DNA of 62,481 nucleotides, counting the filler, from Bipalium vagum (lineage: Eukaryota): assembly GCA_037834085.1 (NCBI GenBank). It is 3 parts of 3 records of this genome, joined end to end, with 100 filler letters (N's around TTAATTAATTAA, not from the genome) between each part and the next. Parts side by side here need not be neighbours in the genome. Positions count along the whole stretch, not along the records: positions 45,319 to 62,481 come from JBBMKC010076368.1; 2 more parts are not named here. One strand, given 5' to 3'. Positions within the stretch are counted from its first letter, which is position 1; each line of letters starts with the position of its first letter. The notes under the pieces are model-generated. The model did not search any database. It was not told the DNA's origin and worked only from the letters and a program-made list of their open reading frames with translations. The translations under genes and the position numbers were made by a program. Of this stretch, positions 56,201 to 62,481 are shown one piece after another.

Positions 56201-59200
56201 AATATAATCAATTTGAAATGCTAGAAAGTTTTTCTATTGCTAGAAATTTTTCACAAACCATCGTTATTTTGATCAACTTTCATTTTCTTTATCAATTTTG
56301 TTGGGTTTAACCAAGACAATACTTTGGTAGGGTCACATTTGGGTTCCGCCAGAAAGGGTCAGGGTAATTATTATTATTAAAACAGAAATAAGTAGAGGTT
56401 GTAAAGATATTTTTTTCTGAAAATAGTTTATCAATTCAAGCATAATCTTAATATTCAAGAACCATAAAAGAAGGATTTTTCAGAGGTATTACAGAAAAAG
56501 CGTCATTCCAGAAAAGTGTTGTTTCAAGTATAGGTATGCTATTCTCATTGAGATTGTGTACGGGTTCCGCGTACCCTTTGACAATTTGCTGGTTGTTATC
56601 ATTGTTACCTGGACTCTTTCTGACGACTTCAATAAAGTTTTATCATTGGTATCTTACGAGTGGTTTTGTATACTTTGATATAAATATACATTATTAATAC
56701 ATCTCCTGATGGAAACGGAATAAGGGTAAATTCGAGATAATCGATATTGAACAATTTTAATTTTTTGGAACAAAATATTAGGTCTATAGTTGAAAATGTG
56801 CCTATTTAGTAAGCGGCTTCAAAGTCAATCTAAGAGAAATATTTTTTAGTGATTCAGTAGGCGAAAATTGGAAACTTTCACATGCCGATCAATCATGCTC
56901 TATATTTAAAAAATTGCAGACCTTGAGAAATTTTTGAATGAAAATCCGTGTATGATACAAGTAGAGCTCACTATGCCACTTTGGATTACAGAGCAGGAAA
57001 TATTCAGCTGACTCAAACACTTAGGAAGGATTCAAAAAACTTGCAGATGAGTGTGTCATAGTCTTAATATGATAAAAAAGTGATACAAAAATACGATATC
57101 CTTCCTAACAAGATTAAAGAAGTGTTTTTTGAACAAGATAGTTATTGGGGATGAAAAACACCCATTATATTATAATAACCACAAAGAAAAAATCTTGTTC
57201 TTCCGGGTGAGAACCGTCTTCAGCTATTGTGATTCACAATATACACACAGTCACATTTTTACTGTGCATTTGATGGGTATACTATGAGTTACTGAAACAT
57301 CGTGAAACAGTCACATCTGAAGGAGGGTACATAATCTATTTTAATCACCTGAAAGAAGTGCTTGAAAAAAATAGATCATTTAATGGTATTGGACTAAAAT
57401 ATGTTATTCTTCTGCATGACAATATCCGACCACATACATCAAATACCACCGTGCACTATCTTTAGCTACCACATAATTTTAAAAATAATGGCATTAATTT
57501 TAAGAAAAAGTGTTGGTCTATTTTATAAATTTTCGGTCAGCTAATTGAAGGACAAATTCTGTTGAGCAATAAATATTCAAGTTGACTTTTATATATTTTT
57601 AAAATTATATTTATTTCTTGTAATAGTAAAAAAACATTAAATGTTTTCTCTTTTTTCAAGACTTGACGAATTTTTTTGATTTTCTAGAGAACGTTATGTC
57701 AAAAGATTGATTGCCTTTGTCTTTTAGAACTCAATAAAATTACCATTTTTCTTATTGATTTTTTTTTCATCTTAAAAAGAAAACTTTAATTAATTTTTTA
57801 TCAATGAAATAGTTTTGTGAATCGAGTTTCGTAGCCAAACGCGAACTTAAAGACCATGTTGCGTTTAAGCACAACAACAGTCGGCCGTACGAGTGCACAG
57901 ATTGTGGGAAAATGTTTAAAGTTTGTATTTGTATTGATTTTTCAGAAATACATAATAATAAATCAATATTCAGACAAAAAGAATATTGACAAGGCACAGT
58001 AAAATCCATTCAAATTTCCGACCGTATGTGTGTGCATGTGGTTCCAATTTTTTGCGCATGACCAATCTCCGTCGCCATATCGTCGGTGTTCATCACGATC
58101 TCAATCCGTCGATTTCAAAAATGCAAGTACCAATCGATAAGTCAGATATGGATTCAGCTGTAGCCAAATCGAAAACTGTTTGGTTTGCCGACAGCAAATG
58201 CATAAAGATCAAAAAGATCACGCCTTCGACATTGGTTCAAAACGATTTACCAATAAAGGTAATCAAAAGAAAAATCGTTAAAGTGAAAAAAATCAGTCAA
58301 AAAGTTAAAAACAAGAAGTCTGACGATCAAAAGGAGGAACCCATTGCACCAATGAAATCTCCGAGTGGTGGATCATCAAACAACAATGAAATGCTGTCGA
58401 TAAACTTCCTGATTAAAGTCCGCGCTCAAGGTGAAGAGGAGGAGGTCGACAAAGATCCGAAATTGTATTCTACAATCAGCCAGGACTATCTTTATCAATC
58501 CGATAACAGCGACAAATACCTTCACTCGTCAAGCTCTCCCACCGGCATTCCCGTGATCCATGGAATCATCAGCAACAAAAGCTCGTTGCAAGACTCGAGC
58601 ACCATTGACGATTCCATGAACATTTGTGACTTGGTCGCCTCTCCGTCCTCGTACCCATTGTTGGAAACGACCGACCAATCGGATGACATTCAGAATGCCA
58701 AACAACTCTCATACGATTTGACGCTGAAAAACGCGGAAACGCTAAGTAAATATAAAGTCGAATCGATAATGATGGAAAGTGAAATCAGTCGGAACAATCT
58801 CGATGGAATTTGGCGTCCAATCGATACTGGTGTCAACACTGATCATTCGTCATCTCTCGTGTCCAATTCGATCGACATGTTCCCACAAAATTCCGGTCTC
58901 ATCTCATCTTTCAATGAAGTATTCCTGTCATCAGTTTCCAACAATTGCTATGCTGATGACAGTGGGACTCATTGGACTAATCTGTCGCTCAATAACACCA
59001 ACGGCTTCAACGGTGATAATTCCAATTTCATCATCACCGGGACCATGTCCGCTTGTGAACCATTGGCTGATACGATGCCAGTGACTGATTCCAATCATAA
59101 CGGTCATAACAATGGCAACGATAATTTTCTCTTTTTCAACAATCTCTCTCAACAACCGGGCGATCACAGTGGCCATCACCAATCGTTCGCCTACATCGAA

Positions 59201-60160
59201 TCCTATTCATCCGCTATCAACTTGGATCACAATTACGGTTCAATGAATGACAATATCGCCAATATTTCCTATTGTACCGGAAACGGAAACGCAGTGGGAC
59301 TGGGTGTCGGTGGTATTGGAAATTCGTCATTTCAACAGTCTATTGGAAACAGTCATAGCAACAACAGCAACTCGAACAACACATCATCACACATGCAAGA
59401 CCTGTTCCCAATCTCTTACTCATCTACGTCCCACCAATCGGATTTCATTTCTAATTCCTCCAATCACCACAATAACGGTAACCATAGTAATGGTAACGGT
59501 TCTCTTTCCAATATCCTGTTTAATTCCGACCAACCTTTCTTTACCAATTCCACAACAATTGTTGCCAATAACAATACCAACAATCATCATCATCATCAAC
59601 ACCATTCGATAATCACAAACCAATCCAATTGGTTGCATGGACAGCATTCTCCGATGAACGATTTCTCAAATGAAAGTCTTCCGCCATCATCGATACTGGA
59701 TTCTTACAAATTGTCCGCTCCGTCATCTCAAATGACAATGCCGTCATCGTCAAGATCAATGATTAATAATTCCATTGCGTTGCATGCTCCGAGAATATTG
59801 TCTCCTATCGATTTTCTCGTGTCGGATTCCGTGTTCCCATCGGCTTCATTGTCGTCCTCATCATCGATGTCGATGTCGATATCGTCGTCTTTAAGAAATA
59901 AGCACGAATTTTGTCTATCACTTCAAGACGATATTGCTGGCAGCGGTAACGATTTGCACGTCGCTCTGGCTGATAATCCGTTGATCTCTGATTTCTGTTC
60001 TCAATCTCTTCACCATCACCAGTATCAACATTCGTCAGGTCATTTGTGCTCAAAGAATTTTTCAGTTGTCAATCTGATCAGTACCGGATGCGGTTCTCAC
60101 AATTCTTCCTCTTCGACCACGAAACCTACCCCTGATGATATTGAGTTGCTGTACTCTTGA
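46922..60160 (+). CDS. Multi-C2H2 zinc-finger protein (~11 fingers) with a long S/N/H-rich low-complexity C-terminus. Exons 46922-46942, 46997-47227, 49754-49998, [unresolved micro-exons ~50.4-50.7 kb], 52226-52383, 55249-55445, 55623-55767, 57813-57920, 57974-60160
   Basis: Fingers reassemble across junctions, e.g. CDMCDTSFIK|MNSLQRHKTSH, YVCE|FCESSFVAKRELKDHVAFKH and CTDCGKMFK|TKRILTRHSKIH. Phases are consistent except for the unresolved 49998-52226 link. Confidence 0.85.
48730..49515. repeat. Diverged tandem duplication (~380-bp unit) in a zinc-finger gene intron
   Basis: attaaaattgattttc, actttttaatg.ttaatttttt.caaa and ttattgatt.ttaatattatc.ttaaa each occur twice, in the same order. Confidence 0.5.
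49754..49998 (+). CDS. Zinc-finger gene exon (fingers 1-3)
   Basis: ttttag|AGA AAC GAA; CQECDKKYVVMSKMISHVLNTH, CIICKGTFHSYSLLKVHEC, CGICGKLCLQIQDYQL. The 3' end is uncertain (donor at 49999 or 50003). Confidence 0.8.
52226..52383 (+). CDS. Zinc-finger gene exon ending in a GC donor
   Basis: IKNKSTLNRHMKKEH...CNQCDSTFKLRSQLLVHISKRH; ACG|GCAAGT. Confidence 0.78.
52915..53640 (-). mobile_element. Degenerate mariner element in a zinc-finger gene intron
   Basis: ORF 53355-53636 has a mariner HTH (SAEETHRIL...RWFVRFRKGEF..KDKGRPG); downstream FSPD...SDNHLFRSMVHSLSEKRF. Confidence 0.85.
54280..55120 (-). mobile_element. Degenerate mariner element in a zinc-finger gene intron
   Basis: KTVRELSCALGVSAMTVSNHLREI...FLDRILICDEKWILYEN; C-terminal HWEKCVQCNGFY; TIR-like end at ~54285. 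Confidence 0.88.
55249..55445 (+). CDS. Zinc-finger gene exon (missed by the + strand ORF track)
   Basis: ttatag|AAT GAG...; CVMCKRNFLSQRALDKHCLSYMH, CDMCDTSFI; AA|GTATTG. Confidence 0.85.
55623..55767 (+). CDS. Zinc-finger gene exon
   Basis: atatag|A ATG AAC...; CSLCDYRTSEKCNLAEHMRRH; GAG|GTTTGT. Confidence 0.88.
56840..57470 (+). mobile_element. Degenerate mariner transposase in a zinc-finger gene intron
   Basis: FLNKIVIGDEKHPLYYNN (~57125-57180) and VILLHDNIRPHTSNT (~57403-57447). Confidence 0.8.
57813..57920 (+). CDS. Zinc-finger gene exon
   Basis: aaatag|TTT TGT GAA...TTT AAA|GTTTGT; FCESSFVAKRELKDHVAFKHNNSRPYECTDCGKMFK. Confidence 0.88.
57974..60160 (+). CDS. Zinc-finger gene large terminal coding exon
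   Basis: attcag|ACA AAA AGA after a 53-nt intron; contains the 724-codon ORF 57986-60160. Confidence 0.9.
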   Translation, partial: TKRILTRHSKIHSNFRPYVCACGSNFLRMTNLRRHIVGVHHDLNPSISKMQVPIDKSDMDSAVAKSKTVWFADSKCIKIKKITPSTLVQNDLPIKVIKRKIVKVKKISQKVKNKKSDDQKEEPIAPMKSPSGGSSNNNEMLSINFLIKVRAQGEEEEVDKDPKLYSTISQDYLYQSDNSDKYLHSSSSPTGIPVIHGIISNKSSLQDSSTIDDSMNICDLVASPSSYPLLETTDQSDDIQNAKQLSYDLTLKNAETLSKYKVESIMMESEISRNNLDGIWRPIDTGVNTDHSSSLVSNSIDMFPQNSGLISSFNEVFLSSVSNNCYADDSGTHWTNLSLNNTNGFNGDNSNFIITGTMSACEPLADTMPVTDSNHNGHNNGNDNFLFFNNLSQQPGDHSGHHQSFAYIESYSSAINLDHNYGSMNDNIANISYCTGNGNAVGLGVGGIGNSSFQQSIGNSHSNNSNSNNTSSHMQDLFPISYSSTSHQSDFISNSSNHHNNGNHSNGNGSLSNILFNSDQPFFTNSTTIVANNNTNNHHHHQHHSIITNQSNWLHGQHSPMNDFSNESLPPSSILDSYKLSAPSSQMTMPSSSRSMINNSIALHAPRILSPIDFLVSDSVFPSASLSSSSSMSMSISSSLRNKHEFCLSLQDDIAGSGNDLHVALADNPLISDFCSQSLHHHQYQHSSGHLCSKNFSVVNLISTGCGSHNSSSSTTKPTPDDIELLYS

Positions 60161-61539
60161 ATGAAACGTATCACAGCCCATCTTCTATCTATTCTCACTC
60201 TTCCAGACTATGGCGTACATTTGTTCTGAGTCTTTGGTGGAAGGATTGGGGAAAGATGGAGTTGTAATTTGTTTGTGTACATATTGTCTACAATTATTCT
60301 TCCTGAATTCTTATTGTTTTAAATATTTTTTTGTATCTCAGGTTTCAGTTCTGTTCGTCTTTTTCAATAATTTTATGCGGAACTGTTTCGCCTTCAGGTA
60401 AGTATTGCAGAAATATTTTCGAAATCCAAGAGAAAAAATCAAAAAAATGAAATCTTTGACTGATGAAGCTTTTTTTGTTTTTGGTTAGTTTATTTGTTTT
60501 CCTATTAAGGTCATTGTTGGTTTTTCTCCAGACCAGAGTCAAGCTCTTCTTTACATTTTAATAAGTATGAACATCGTTTTTGTCTAATCATTCTCCAGTA
60601 GACTTTCGTTTCAATTTTAATTCTAATTTTAGATGAGTCGTACATATATCTTCTTTTCTTATGTAGATAGTCTTTTTTACACATCAAAAAATTTAATGAC
60701 AAAACTTAACACAGTATACAGCACGTATGGATGACGTGAAGTTGCTTTAATAATTAAAAAGTTATAATTATCTTCCTTTTACTTATAAAAAGGATCCTAT
60801 TGTCAGGCAATGTTTTTTAAATATCTCTTATCAAACAAGTTTTATCTTTATAAGTAATAGAAAAGATTGAACATTTTTCTACATTGACGATATTTTAATA
60901 CTGTTCATAATGTCGCTGTCTGTTATAATTTATAATACTGTGTTGCTTTTGCATACTTTATGGTAATTCTTAAAACTTGTATGAACTCTATTTGTGAGAG
61001 GGTTAGAGGTTGTCTAGATAAGCGTCTTTTTATTTGAATTTTAGTTTAGTCGTATTCTTTGACCTCTATTAGTTTAGAGTATCTCTGATTATGTTTCATA
61101 TTTATATACTAATATTTTAAAATATTCAACTTAACAAATAGTAGAGTTCAAACTTTTTTTTCTCACTAATGGCTTGTGTTGAGGGGAGAAAAATAATAAA
61201 TTCAAGAATAAAACTTATTAACAATACACAAAGATTAATACAATTTTGAAATGTTGCACATAAACTATTATTCGTAAATGATGTCGATAATAGGCTAAGA
61301 TAAAGTCAAATAATGATATAAGAATCAGTAAATATAAACGATTAAATAAAAAAATAAGAATGACTACTTATGATCACAAGCCGATCATGAAATATTTCCA
61401 AAAAAAATCCATCTTCATTTTTTATCTACTCAGGTTAGATCATGTATATCAATTTAATTTATTTTTTAAAAATAAAAGAAAGGGGATATTGTGAATTTTG
61501 TAAAAAAATATATCTCAAAAATAAAAGTCGAAGAATTAA

Positions 61540-62170
61540 ATCCTGAAAATCAATTAGCAAATGAATTTCATAAAGAATTCAGAAAAACTAGGCAGCGTAT
61601 TAAAGTTGAGGTTTAGTTCTTTAATAAAGATGAAATTTGGTGACTGCAGATTTGACCTTTGTGTAAGAAGAGAAAGATTAAAAAATAATTCTTTCAGTTA
61701 TTGATTTAAAAACAGGATATGCTTTTGCTGTTCAGTTAAAAATAAAACTGGAAAATCTATAACACAAGCTTTTCATGAAATATTTTGAGACTACTAAAGA
61801 AAACATAAAAAATAAGTAGATAAAGGTGATGAAAATTATAATTAAAAATTCGAGAAATTTTGTGATAAAAATGAAGAAAAGCTGTTGTCATTGAAAAAAT
61901 TTTTTAAAACTTAGAAGAATATGATTAAAAAAATTCGGAAAAAAAATAGAAAATGGTCATATCTTTTACCTAAACTAATTAGTTTTTATAACAATAAATT
62001 CATAGATCAATTGATATTTCTCCTAATGATGCATCTAAAACTCAACGAAGTGAGCAGAAAAAAGTTATAAAAACTAAAATATAAATTCAACAAAGTTGGT
62101 AAGAGTTCGCAATAATATATGTGATAAAGTTCGAATTTTGAAATTCGATTTAACTGCAGCTAGGTCAAAT
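61540..62170 (+). mobile_element. Decayed Maverick/Polinton-type (rve) integrase
   Basis: Frameshifted fragments QLANEFHKEFRK, NKDEIW..ADL, SVIDLKTGYAFAVQLK/NKTGKSITQAFHEIF, VDKGDENYN, WSYLLPKLISFYNN, HRSIDISPNDAS. Confidence 0.72.
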
Positions 62171-62481
62171 TTGTATACATTTTAAAATGTAAATCTTCTT
62201 TTAACATATTTATTTAGTTTATAAAATTATTTTTTCTGTTTCAATTAATTGTTAAGATCCTGGGTAATGATGGACAAAAGGATGTTAAAGGTCGGAGCTT
62301 AAATGTTTCTCAGGTCTCAACGGTTGAAGGTTGCGTTTGTGCGTGTTCGACTCTTATTTAAAATTCACTAAGAAAACAAATTTTAATTTAATACTTATAT
62401 TCAGCTCGATATCAAATTACAATTCAAATTACAATGATTGAGACAATTCTGACCGATTGCTTTTGTTTTAATTATCAAAAT

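Noticed and set aside
58779-60053. Overlapping alternative-frame and antisense ORFs in the large zinc-finger exon
   Set aside because: These are expected by-products of a GC-richer low-complexity coding exon.

Overview
Very AT-rich, intron-rich animal genomic DNA, probably from a bilaterian invertebrate; the species cannot be identified from the sequence. There are three assembly gaps, two containing an artificial N44-TTAATTAATTAA-N44 spacer. I assembled three spliced genes by hand, checking splice signals and exon phase. (1) + strand, ~1.3-23.4 kb: the 5' part of a MAST-family Ser/Thr kinase gene, recognised from the motifs [33 protein letters not shown] and PRSQSL. It has a SAM-like first exon and up to three more candidate alternative first exons carrying different docking motifs. 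Its kinase and PDZ exons were not found in the window. (2) - strand, ~41.3-27.7 kb: an Alx/Cart1-like Q50 paired-like homeobox gene with an unusual intron position in the homeobox and no visible OAR motif. (3) + strand, 46.9-60.2 kb: a C2H2 zinc-finger gene with ~11 fingers, a GC-AG intron and a long S/N/H-rich C-terminus. Introns and spacers hold many decayed Tc1/mariner elements, a Maverick/Polinton-type integrase relic, an LTR-like repeat and (AAT)n microsatellites. I found no CRISPR, rRNA or tRNA signal. The most promising leads are the swappable N-terminal cassettes of MAST (SAM-like; PxIxIT; LC8 plus RVxF) and the possible nesting of the homeobox and zinc-finger genes inside a MAST intron. 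All family calls rest on recalled motifs, not on database searches.
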